Of a stretch of 64,000 nucleotides of DNA, positions 50,634 through 60,861 are shown piece after piece. How positions within the stretch are numbered: the first letter of the stretch is position 1; each line of letters opens with the position of its first letter. Location: NCBI GenBank assembly GCA_047967505.1, contig CM106538.1. The stretch is one strand, 5' to 3'. The DNA is from Dipteris shenzhenensis (taxonomy: Eukaryota). A model generated the notes under the pieces. That model was not told where the DNA came from and did not search any database. It worked only from the letters and a program-made list of their open reading frames with translations. A program made the translations under genes and the position numbers.

Positions 50634-53600
50634 TCATCCAAGAGATATATCGGGGGTAGAGCTTGATATCTCAACACTCCCCCTCAAGCTCAAATCCATC
50701 TCACGTACACCAAGCAAGCTCCTAAATCTGCGAAGCTTCTCGGTACCCAATGCCTTCGTAAAAATATCAGCCACCTGCTCCTCAGTGCTGACATAGACAA
50801 GATCAATCTCACCAGCTAGAACCTTCTCTCTCACAAAGTGATAATGCACCTCAATGTGCTTCGTTCTAGCATGATAAACTGGGTTATTAGCAAGCATGAT
50901 GCTGCTAATGTTGTCACAATGAATGACAACTGCTGCATGAATTGACTGTCCCATATCTGCAAGTAGCTTCCGTAACCAAGCTACCTCACATACAGCCATT
51001 GCTGCACCCCTGTACTCAGCCTCTGTGCTCGACAAGGCAACTGTTGGCTGCTTCTTGCTACTCCAACTGATGGCACCACTCCCAAGGGAAAACATAAAAC
51101 CACTAGTAGATCTCCTGTCTGAGACACTACTAGCCCAGTCAGCATCTGTGTATCCATGTACCTGTAATGCACACCCAGCTTCATAAAACAGTCCATAATG
51201 CAATGTGGACTTCACATACTGTAGTATGCGCCTAGCCGCATCCAAATGTGGCTTCCTCGGTGCCTGCATAAACTGACTCACCAGCCCCACAGCATAGCTC
51301 AAATCTAGTCTGGTTATAGTCATGTAAATCAAGCTACCTACTATGCGCCTGTACATAGTAATATCTTCAAGAAGCTCACCTGTCTCTGCATTGAGCTTCA
51401 CATTCTGCTCCAATGGAACAGAGATAGGCTTACAGCCTGTCATCCCATATTTGGACAGCATGTCCAAACCGTATTGCCTCTGCAACAGCCATATCCCACT
51501 CGGGGATCTAATAACCTCAATGCCCAAGAAGTAACGCAGCTCTCCCAAATCCTTCATCTCAAATTTTTGCTTCAACAGCAGCTTCACTTCATTAATGTCT
51601 GCATCACTATCACCTGTAATAATCAAGTCATCAACATAGATGACTACAAGCACAATCCCTCTGTTTGTCCTTTTCACATAAAGTGAAAAATCTGAATTGG
51701 AAATCTGAAATCCAATAGTGACAAGATATTGCCCTATCTTGTCTGACCATGCCCTCGGTGCCTGTTTTAAGCCATACAAGGCTTTGCGCAACCTGCATAC
51801 AAAATCGGGGTGTGAATTATCCTCATAACGTTCTGGCTGCATCATATAAACCTCTTCCTGCAAATCACCATGCAAGAAGGCATTTTTCACATCCATCTGA
51901 TGCAAAGACCATCCCTTTGCAATAGCCATAGCAATTACTGCTCTCACGGTTGCCATCCTTGCAACTGGGCTGAAAGTTTCCTCATAGTCAATTCCATATG
52001 TCTGCGCAAAACCTTTGGCAACCAATCTTGCCTTGTACCTGCTAACAGACCCATCAGCATTGTGCTTTACTTTGTAAACCCACTTGCAGCCAATAGCCTT
52101 CTTATCATGAGGCAAAGGCATCAAATCCCAAGTGTGGTTTGCATCCAAGGCAGCCATCTCTTCATCCATAGCTGCTTCCCAATTTTTATGCCCTGTTGCA
52201 TCCTCAAAACATGTGGGCTCTGGCTCCTCTAGAACCTTGACCATATAAGCATAGTGATGTGCTGTATACCCATCATATCTCAGCCTGTCAACTGGATACT
52301 TAATACGAGTGGACCTCCGTACAACTGGATCAGTTGCAGGAGTCTTTAAATCATGCCTGCTTTTCCTTGCACCAGGTGTAACAACAGAAGGAATCCCAAG
52401 TTCCTCATCAAGGCTCATTTCAGAGCTGCTTGACTCTCCATCAACATGAGAGCTACCAGCAGACACATCAAACACTGGAGCATGGTCTACTTTTTCTTTT
52501 CCCTTATGTGATACCTGCACAACACTATCAGGGCTGCCATGTGACGATTCACTAGATCTCAATCTCCTTGTCCATGCATTAGATCCACTAGTAGATGACT
52601 CTCTGGGTCCACTCAAGGCTTGAGATTGCTGCTCTGCATTTATTGCAACATTCCCATTTCCTGCATCTGCATCTCCTACCATAACAGTTGGTGCATACCA
52701 GCTGCTCATTTCATCAAAAACAACATCTCTGCTCACTTGCATTTTGCGGGTGGAAGGGTTATAACAGCGATACCCTTTCTGGTGCAGAGCATATCCAATA
52801 AAGATGCATTTTTCTACCTTTGGATCCAGCTTTGTTCTCTTCTCATCAGGAACATGAACATAAGCTATGCAACCAAATACCTTCAAGTGAGAAATATCTG
52901 GTTTTTGGCCTGTATACATTTCTTCAGGCGTCATGCCATGGACAGCTGCAGTGGGGGTTCTGTTCATAATATAAACAGCAGTTGCTACTGCTTCAGCCCA
53001 AAAATAATCAGGCATGTTTTTCTCATTTAGGATCGCCCGTCCTACTTCTGCAATATGCATGTTCTTCCTTTCTGCAACCCCATTCTGCTGAGGGGTAGAC
53101 CTGCATGAGTACTTCCTTTGAATTCCCTGTTCTTTCATATATTCACAAAATTCTTCTGAAAAGTACTCTCCCCCTCCATCAGATCTTAGCACTTTAATAT
53201 GCACACCTTTCTCTTTTTCAACCATGGCCTTAAAAGCCTTGAAATGGCTGAACACTTCACTTTTGTGCTTCATAAAATAAATCCACACCTTCCTAGTGTA
53301 GTCATCAATAAACGTCACATAATAATGGCATCCACCAATAGAAGCAGCTTTGGTTGTCCAAACATCTGAATGGATCACTTCCAAAGGTCTTCTACTCACC
53401 TTAGCATTTTTGGGAAATGCATGTCTGGCCTGCTTACCCATTTGGCATGCTTTACATACCTTTTGCATTCCCTCAACTCTGAATTTAGGCAAACCTACAA
53501 CAATGTTTTTCGTTTGCATAGATTTCAGCCTTTGTATATTCACGTGCCCAATGCGCTTGTGCCATATCTCAATATCTGCAATGACACCTCTCCCATGCGC

Positions 53601-54038
53601 AAACATAGCAGCTTTCACCTCAAGCATATCAACATCCAAGGTGAACATTCTGCCATTTTTGTTGCCTTTTGCAACCAAGCGGCACTTATTTTTCAAGTCC
53701 TCAACAAAGCATCCATCAGGATTAAATCTAACCTGCAGACCTTGCTCAACCATCTGGCCAACTGAAACCAGGTTCTTAGTGATTTTTGGAACATGAAGTA
53801 CATCTGCCAAGTACTTCGTTTTGCCATCCTGCATAGCCAATGGCACTTTACCAACCTGTGTAATTGGGTGCGCAGTATCATCACCTGTTTCAACATAACC
53901 TGGCTTATCCAAATTTCTAACATCATGAAACCACTCACCATGACTGGTCATGTGGTTAGAGGCACCTGAATCAACATACCAAACATCATTGCAAGCTGCA
54001 GCATCTCCTGACATGGAGTTAACCATATGCTGCATCAC
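50634..54038 (-). CDS. copia pol (protease, integrase, RT, RNase H), open 1134 aa; stop lies inside the 3' LTR
   Basis: WYVDSGASNHM, WHKRIGH...CKAC, IHSDVW, LRSDGGGEY, QNGVAERKN, YKARLVAKGF, YVDD, YTDADWA, RTKHIEVHYHFVRE. Confidence 0.95.
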   Translation of the reverse strand: MMQHMVNSMSGDAAACNDVWYVDSGASNHMTSHGEWFHDVRNLDKPGYVETGDDTAHPITQVGKVPLAMQDGKTKYLADVLHVPKITKNLVSVGQMVEQGLQVRFNPDGCFVEDLKNKCRLVAKGNKNGRMFTLDVDMLEVKAAMFAHGRGVIADIEIWHKRIGHVNIQRLKSMQTKNIVVGLPKFRVEGMQKVCKACQMGKQARHAFPKNAKVSRRPLEVIHSDVWTTKAASIGGCHYYVTFIDDYTRKVWIYFMKHKSEVFSHFKAFKAMVEKEKGVHIKVLRSDGGGEYFSEEFCEYMKEQGIQRKYSCRSTPQQNGVAERKNMHIAEVGRAILNEKNMPDYFWAEAVATAVYIMNRTPTAAVHGMTPEEMYTGQKPDISHLKVFGCIAYVHVPDEKRTKLDPKVEKCIFIGYALHQKGYRCYNPSTRKMQVSRDVVFDEMSSWYAPTVMVGDADAGNGNVAINAEQQSQALSGPRESSTSGSNAWTRRLRSSESSHGSPDSVVQVSHKGKEKVDHAPVFDVSAGSSHVDGESSSSEMSLDEELGIPSVVTPGARKSRHDLKTPATDPVVRRSTRIKYPVDRLRYDGYTAHHYAYMVKVLEEPEPTCFEDATGHKNWEAAMDEEMAALDANHTWDLMPLPHDKKAIGCKWVYKVKHNADGSVSRYKARLVAKGFAQTYGIDYEETFSPVARMATVRAVIAMAIAKGWSLHQMDVKNAFLHGDLQEEVYMMQPERYEDNSHPDFVCRLRKALYGLKQAPRAWSDKIGQYLVTIGFQISNSDFSLYVKRTNRGIVLVVIYVDDLIITGDSDADINEVKLLLKQKFEMKDLGELRYFLGIEVIRSPSGIWLLQRQYGLDMLSKYGMTGCKPISVPLEQNVKLNAETGELLEDITMYRRIVGSLIYMTITRLDLSYAVGLVSQFMQAPRKPHLDAARRILQYVKSTLHYGLFYEAGCALQVHGYTDADWASSVSDRRSTSGFMFSLGSGAISWSSKKQPTVALSSTEAEYRGAAMAVCEVAWLRKLLADMGQSIHAAVVIHCDNISSIMLANNPVYHARTKHIEVHYHFVREKVLAGEIDLVYVSTEEQVADIFTKALGTEKLRRFRSLLGVREMDLSLRGSVEISSSTPDISLG

Positions 54039-55003
54039 AAAAAGGTGCTCATTTCTGTCGTCACCATGCCCACTTGATGATGCATAGTTGCTTTGCTACA
54101 ACTTCCCACTTTTGATGTCATTCTGCTTTTTATAGCATGTATTCTCCTTGTGTCCAGGCTTTCCACAATAATAGCATTCTGTGCTGCTATTTACTTGCTG
54201 GTTCCTTTGCCATGAACCACGGCCTCTTTGGCTCCCCCTGCCTCTAGAACTACCACGTCCTCCTCCATAGGACTGGTTTTCCTGTTGTTGCTGTTGGTTC
54301 TGATTTCCTACATGGCCACCAAAACGGCCTCTTCCTCTACCCCTGCCTCTACCTGTATTCGAGTAGAAATTCGAGTAGAAAGCAGTCTCTTGAGAAGTTG
54401 AGGTGGCTGAACCACCATTCCTTTGCTCTTCACTCACAGCAAGAGAGCAATAAGTTCCTGAAAATCAGGAAATGTTTCACGGACTCCAATGGATGTCCGA
54501 AACTGTGCATAATCTTTCCCAAGACCATTCAAGGTCACGGACACTAAGTCCTCATCATCAACAGGTGCTCCAATGGAGGCAAGAGAATCTGCAAGGCCTT
54601 TCACCTTCAAGGAATACTCATTGATATTCAGATTTTTCCTTTGCACATTGTGCAACTCCTGCTTTAGCTGCATCTTTCGTGCTTTGGTATTTGTGCTATA
54701 CAGCTTCACCAATGTATCCCATGCCTCCTTAGGCATCTATACATCCTGTATATGCACAATCATAGAATCTGAAATGCTAACAGATAGCCAATACAGGCAT
54801 TTTCTGGCTTTTTCATGCCATTCTTTAAAGGCCTTCAATTCAGCAAGAGTGGGAGCAGCACCCAAAACTGGTTCTGCAGTTTCACCACTGATGTACTCCC
54901 AAACTCCCTTTCCCATAAGGAAGTTTTTCATCCTGAACTTCCATGCTTGGAAGTTGTTCTTGTCAAGCTTCTCACTAACAATGGTAGACAGATTCTCAGA
55001 CAT
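54039..55003 (-). pseudogene. copia gag, disrupted
   Basis: MSENLSTIVSEKLDKNNFQAWKFRM...; TAG at 54737, frameshift ~54437, TAG at 54096; RG-rich tract and CYYCGKPGHKENTC. Confidence 0.9.
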
Positions 55004-55879
55004 TTTACAAATCACGAATTGCAACAGCAACGTGTAAATACAGCAAATGCCTCACAAGGGCAAATAGCAAAACTTCTGCAAAAAGCCTCACAGGGGCAGA
55101 TCTGCAACACTGATGAAAGTGGTATTTCACCACACAGTCACTTCCCAGTGACGATTTTGCATCAACAGGCAACAGGCATGAATCTGCAACTCCCAATATC
55201 TCTGCACACAGGCATACGATGCAATTTCTGTGGCACCTTTCCACCGACTTTAGCCGCACGCAGTGGTCGCACAGTGAAAAATAGGGCCTTTTTCTGAGTG
55301 CCTGCGAAGAACTTCTGCCTTCAAAACGGGCCCCGAAACGGCCTCAAATCAAAAAAATAAAGTCACCGAGGGCTTCGCCATCGCCCGCTGCGCTCTCGCC
55401 ACATCGCGAAGGGCCTCTCAATCTGAAACAGTGCACTCCTGCACTTCTGGCTGTGCTACCTGTAGAGATTTGCTCCCAAACTCGAAATAGGAAAGCAACA
55501 CTGGTCCTCTTACCAGGACACCACAAAATTGGCTTGCTTTCTTGAGCTCCTTACCACGAACAAGGCTCTGATACCATGTAAAGAATAAGGGAGAGAGATA
55601 GGAGACTCAAGTTCAGCTTTCTTCACAACACACAAAAGAGAGAGGACACAAGGTTGGAGGGTGAAGCCTTTCTTCACTTTTGCACACAACAACAATACAA
55701 TAGAAGAGGGAAATACCCTATATGTCAAACCCTAGAATACGTGGTTCATATGTGAACCCAAACCAAAAACATACGTGGTAGTCTAACTACACCACGAGTA
55801 CAACTAACATAGGCGGTGACATAAATGATAGTCATCCAGGAGATGTATCGGGGGTAGAGCTTGATATCTCAATAGAATC

Positions 55880-58446
55880 TAGAAGTGGATGTATGTGGAA
55901 TTTCTATGCCGACTACTTTTCAGGTGATCCCTACCAAGCCAGATGCACATGCCTATCCATTGATTTTGGGAGGGCCTTGGCTACGCAAGGTGAAGGCTAT
56001 TCAAAAGTGGGATACTGGAGAATTGATTTTGCAGGGAAATGATAAGAAGGTGCGCTACAACATCAGAAGCCGCAAAAAGGAAGTTGTCAAGGAGGAGTCT
56101 TCAACATCAGAGAGTTCAAGCTCTGACTTAACCGATGAAGAAAAAGAGACAAGGTGTAGCTCCGAGGAGTCCAACTCAGAGGGTGAGGTGGAAGGAGTGG
56201 CCTTTGGTCTTTGTCTTGGTGCTGATTGGGATGAGTCAGGAAGGAACAAGGTGGTGGTGCAAGAAGATCCTGTAGAGACACTTCATGTGGAGGATGTGGA
56301 GCACATTAAACGACGCCAACGCAATGAAGAGCTTCTTGGTGATTCTCTATCAGGTAGTGAGAAGCTCCAGTACTTAGATATGCTAGATGATTTTCCATGT
56401 CTCTTTGCAACAAGCTATTCACAGGTTCGGCCAGTATCTCTTGTGGAGCACAAGATTGAGTTGAAGCCAGAAAGCAAGCCAGTTGTGCAACGCTTAAGGC
56501 GATTGGGGGTGATCCAAGCTGAGGCATTAAAGAAAGAGGTAACACAACTACTTGAGGTGGGATTCATCTTTCCTGTTGATGATTCAGAATGGATATCTCC
56601 TGTAGTTGTCACACCAAAGAAAGGAAATAAGTGGCGAGTTTGTGTGGACTTTCGTCCTTTGAATGCATGCACTAAGAGGGATCATTTCCCTTTGCCATTC
56701 CAAGATGAAATACTAGACCAAGTAGCAGGGCATGAGATGTATTCTGTATGTGATGGGTATTCTGGGTACTTTCAAATTCGTATTCGGGAGGAAGATCAAA
56801 AGAAAACATCATTTGTCACCCCTTGGGGAGTTTTTGCTTACAGAGTGATGCCTTTTGGGTTGACCAATGCACCAGCTACATTTCAAAGGTTCATGAGTCA
56901 AGTCCTGGAGCCTTACTTGGGAAAGCTCATAAGGGTGTTTTTGGATGATTTTTGCATTTATTCTCAACGCATAGATCGCATGGACAAGTTAAAGATGGCC
57001 TTAGCTAGGATTGATGAAGCAAAAGGGTGTCTAAATCCTAGCAAGTGTCATTTGGCTCAAACAAAAGTAGTCTTGTTGGGGCATATTGTGTCTCAAGAAG
57101 GCTTGCAAATGGATCCTGACAAGGTTCAAGCAATCATGGCATTGCCAAGTCCTGAGAGTGTGACTGGTGTTCGCAGAATTCTAGGAAAGAGCAAGTATTA
57201 TCAACGCTTTTGTGATGATTTCATAGAGATAGTGCATCCCATGAACTTGTTGACAAGAAAAGGAGTTTCTTTCCAATGGGGTGTGGAGCAACAAGAGTCT
57301 TTCCAGCTACTTAAGGAGGCCATGAGTAAGGGCCCAATATTGAAGCCCCCTGATTGGTCTCACGACTTTTATGTAAATCCAAGTGTATCTTTGCATTCAG
57401 TTGGTGCTGTATTGCTACAAAAAGGAGAGGCAGGTAGAATGCAACCCATCTATTATGCCAGCCGACAGCTTACAGATGTGGAAACAAGGTATGAAGAAAT
57501 GGAGCAGCAAGCTCTCTCTTTGGTGTTTTCTGTCAAAAAGTTTCGCTCCTATTTATTACCTTGACCATTTTTCTTCCTTACCTCTCAGTCTGTATTAGCA
57601 TATCTAGTTCGCAAGCCTAATCCGGGGGGGAGATTTGCAAAATGGTTGTCAGAGCTTCAAGAGTTCTCTTTCTCTTTTGTCACTGAAAATACCACTAGGT
57701 CCACTATGGCAGATTTGCTCACAGGACGGGAGGATCTAGGAGAAGAAAAGAGATGTAAGGAGAACATTAAAGATGAAAGGGATACACCACCAATAGCTTT
57801 TGTTTTGTATTTTGATGGGGCTTTTAGTCCTTCATGCCAACAAGGAGCCGGGGGGACAGTCTTGATGAATCCTGAAGGTCAAGAGGTATGGGCAAGAGGA
57901 CAAGAGCTTCCAGGTATCACAACTAACAATGCAGCTGAGTATAATGCTTTGATTCTTGGTTTGGAAGGTTGTCTTCAAAGTCAAGTTAAAGAATTGGAAG
58001 TAAGAGGAGATTCTCAGCTTATTATAAAGCAAATGCAAGGGCATCACAAGACAAGAAGTCCTCATTTGAAGGAGCTTAATCAAAAGGCTATGGCACTATG
58101 TACTCAGTTTGATTTTTGCAAGTTTGTTCATATGAACAGAAAAGAAAATCAAAGGGCAGATGAGTTAGCTAAAGCCATTGTAGTGCCAGACCGGGGGGTG
58201 GTTTCTTGGGTAGACACTGGATGGCCAAAACTACAAGATGTTCAGCAATATGTGGAAGAAGGCATGTTTCCTCGAGGGTTAACTCCACAACAGAAGCAGA
58301 GATTGGTTACTTTTGGCCACGCCTCCATAAGGATGTATATGAATGTCACGAATGGAACCTATCAGCTTGAGGATGTTGATGGCATGGTGATACCCGGATG
58401 CACCAATGAGTATCGCCTTAAATTCTTCTATGCTCGACCACCTTGA
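55880..58446 (+). pseudogene. Tat-like pol: protease C-half, RT, RNase H, additional RNase H, integrase remnant
   Basis: LILGGPWL, WRVCVDFRPLN, FGLTNAPATFQR, FLDDF, PIYYASR; one in-frame TGA at 57562; LYFDGA...TNNAAEYNALILGL...VRGDSQLII...RKENQRADELAK. Confidence 0.93.
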
Positions 58447-60861
58447 GGGCCAGCAGACCCTCTCTGTACTAGAGAGGATCTGCTGGGGGGGGAAAGATGT
58501 GATGCCAAAAATTGATATTTTTAACTTGGCATTGATATTGTTTTTCTCTATGTTTGATAAGAGTTTGAGTATCAAGTGATAGCCTAGCGGCTCTCACTTA
58601 TTTCTATTTTCTATGATATTGTATGGGATGGAGAGGATGAGTGGAATGGCTCATTGTAAATACCATAGGTATGAATTATAAATACCTTGGTATGGGGTGA
58701 GAGTTATTTGTGTATGGGATATTATGGAGTTTTTAGAAAATAGGAAGAGTGAGTCATATAAAGTGGTGGGCTCATGTCCATGTGTTCCAATAATATAAGA
58801 GAGGCCACATGCCAAGCGTGTGGAAGGCATGTGGAGGAGTGTGAAGTCAAGAGGAATCCTTCTAGAACTCCTATGTGGAATAAGGAGGATGTGGACATGT
58901 GGAAAAGAGAGGGTCCCTATGGGCTCCATGTGGGGAGACTCTTGACTTTCTCAATATTTTAAGAGTCTTGAGCACCTTTTGATGGGACACATGGCAAGAG
59001 TAGCCAAAAAGGACATGGATGGTGACATACGTGCTTATGTGATTGATGGGGAAAGGAATCTATAGGCAGCAATTGTAAATGGGTGAAGGAGGGTAACAAA
59101 ATCTCTATAAAAGGAGCCCTCCTCTCCCTTGTTCATCAAAATCTCTTCCACCATTGGGCCTTATGTTGCTGTAGTTCTAGTCTCCGCAAGCCTCTTCCAT
59201 GAGCCTTCTCTTCCTCTTGTAGATATTCTCTTATGTAGACTCTTGAGTCCTTCTCTCTCTAGTTTATTCTCTCTCTATGAGTAGTCTTGGAGCTTCCGCT
59301 CCCTCTTGTATGTATGAAACCTCTTCTTCTCCCTTGTGTTTGTAGTGTTGAGGTGGATTCTCACTCTATTTGTAATGAAGGTCACTTCAGGTTCTTTCTC
59401 TTTCTTGAGTGTCTCTTCCCTTTTCTTTCTTTCAAAGCTTTAAAAGTTCTTTCTATTCGGCTGCTCACTGTGCACACATGGTCCATTTGTTTCCCGAGCC
59501 ACTATGCAAACTTCTTCCCCTCTTCTAGGCGAAATCTATGAGGGGTGGATCGTTGATGAAGGTGGAGTCTTGAGGGAGCATCCTACTCAGGCGAAATTAG
59601 CCTGGGTGGAGGATAGTTTTCATGACAGTTTGACCCCTTGTTAGTGTTTTGCTCATAACTTTCTGCTCTCGATAGTCCGATTGTAATGAAATTTATATCA
59701 GCGCGAAGCTCTCTTCAAGGCGCATGTTTCTTTATAATCAGATCTTAAATCAAATATTGTTGCAAAAAGTTATGAGTCTCTATGTTTGATAGTCTGTTTT
59801 CATGATAGTTTTTACCCCCTTCCAGTAAACTGTCCATATCTCTTCAACCGTTTGTCTATTTTCAATGAAACTTATATCAGCACGAAGCCCATCTAAGGCG
59901 CATCTGTTTGTGTACTTGAATATCTTTGATATCATGTCTCTACTAAAAGTTATAGGCCTATGTGTCTAATGACAGTTTGTAGAGTGTTTTGAGCTAAGTA
60001 TAAAGGTGTCTATGAAGGAGGTGCAATGTTTCCTTGGAATCTACCCATCCGACCTAATCAACCCCTTCAAACTCCTCGATATATATCAGTTCATGTCATG
60101 TTGAGCTGCAAGATCTTCTTTCAACAACGTATCGCTCTTCTCTTTGGTGCAGATCGGCTCGCTGAGATTATGGCCTCTGCTGATCCTTTCCTTCTCCCTA
60201 TGCTTGACTACAACATCACTTGGGATGTTACCATCTTCATTCTCATCTAAGGGAGGAAAGTATGGTGTGGTATCTTGGCATAAAAGCTTCTTTCTAATGT
60301 CTCATTCTCAATGATAAGTATCTTTGGCAGTCAGTTCGAATGCTGCAGGAAGTGAAGAGGTGCGTGAAGTTTATTATCCCCAACTTCATGTCACAATACT
60401 CAAACACATATATAAATGAATGAAAAAAGAAGATTAGGGTGGTTCTACACCCACTAAAACTTGTGTGACTCTCTGTTTCTCTCTCTCCCTCTTCTGTTCT
60501 TGCTTCTGTTCAGAGCACTCTCAACTGGTATCAGAGCCCGGGTGATCTAGCTGAGCGTGCGTGAATGCTTAAAGCTCAGCAACTCTGTGGGAGGAAGGAG
60601 AAGCTCTGTGGGAAGCTTTGTGGGTGAGTTTACTTGCATCTGAGTTTGTAGAGACCTTGGAGGAACCTTTGGAAAAGCCACTTTGGTTTTGCAAAGTGGT
60701 TTTGAGAGCCTGTCAAGTGTTTTCAAAGAAAAAGTCATTTTTTGGGCTTTTCCCTATTTTGTTCTTGTTCGATGACAGAGACTCCGTATTGACTTGTAGA
60801 GGCAACTATTGCTTGCTTTTGGTATCCACTTCACTTCAAGAGCTTGGAAACACTCATTATT

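Larger units (their letters stand above)
50379..55874 (-). mobile_element. full-length Ty1/copia LTR retrotransposon, 5496 bp
   Basis: 298-bp LTRs 50379-50676 and 55577-55874 (4 transitions), TSD GAATC, PBS 55565-55576, PPT 50677-50685. Confidence 0.97.
47085..60395 (+). mobile_element. Tat-like Ty3/gypsy LTR retrotransposon with additional (archaeal-type) RNase H; integrase mostly deleted
   Basis: 5' LTR 47085-~48395 (3'-truncated, no PBS); 3' LTR 58498-60395 (TGTGA...TCACA); about 13 substitutions over the first ~1.1 kb; ATAC on both flanks; PPT 58485-58497. Confidence 0.92.
47037..60537 (+). mobile_element. outer LTR (47037-47084 plus 60400-60525) with PBS 60526-60537, split by the Tat-like element
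   Basis: Rejoined sequence TGTGGGGGTTAAAGG...CTCTCAAC|TGGTATCAGAGC; start and end resemble the LTR at 4302-4514. Confidence 0.7.

Noticed and set aside
50981-53941. Numerous short overlapping and antisense ORFs
   Set aside because: They are shadow frames of the copia pol with no independent motifs.
57770-58190. RNase HI as a captured host or bacterial gene
   Set aside because: It is in frame within pol after RH, which is the established additional RNase H of Tat-lineage elements.
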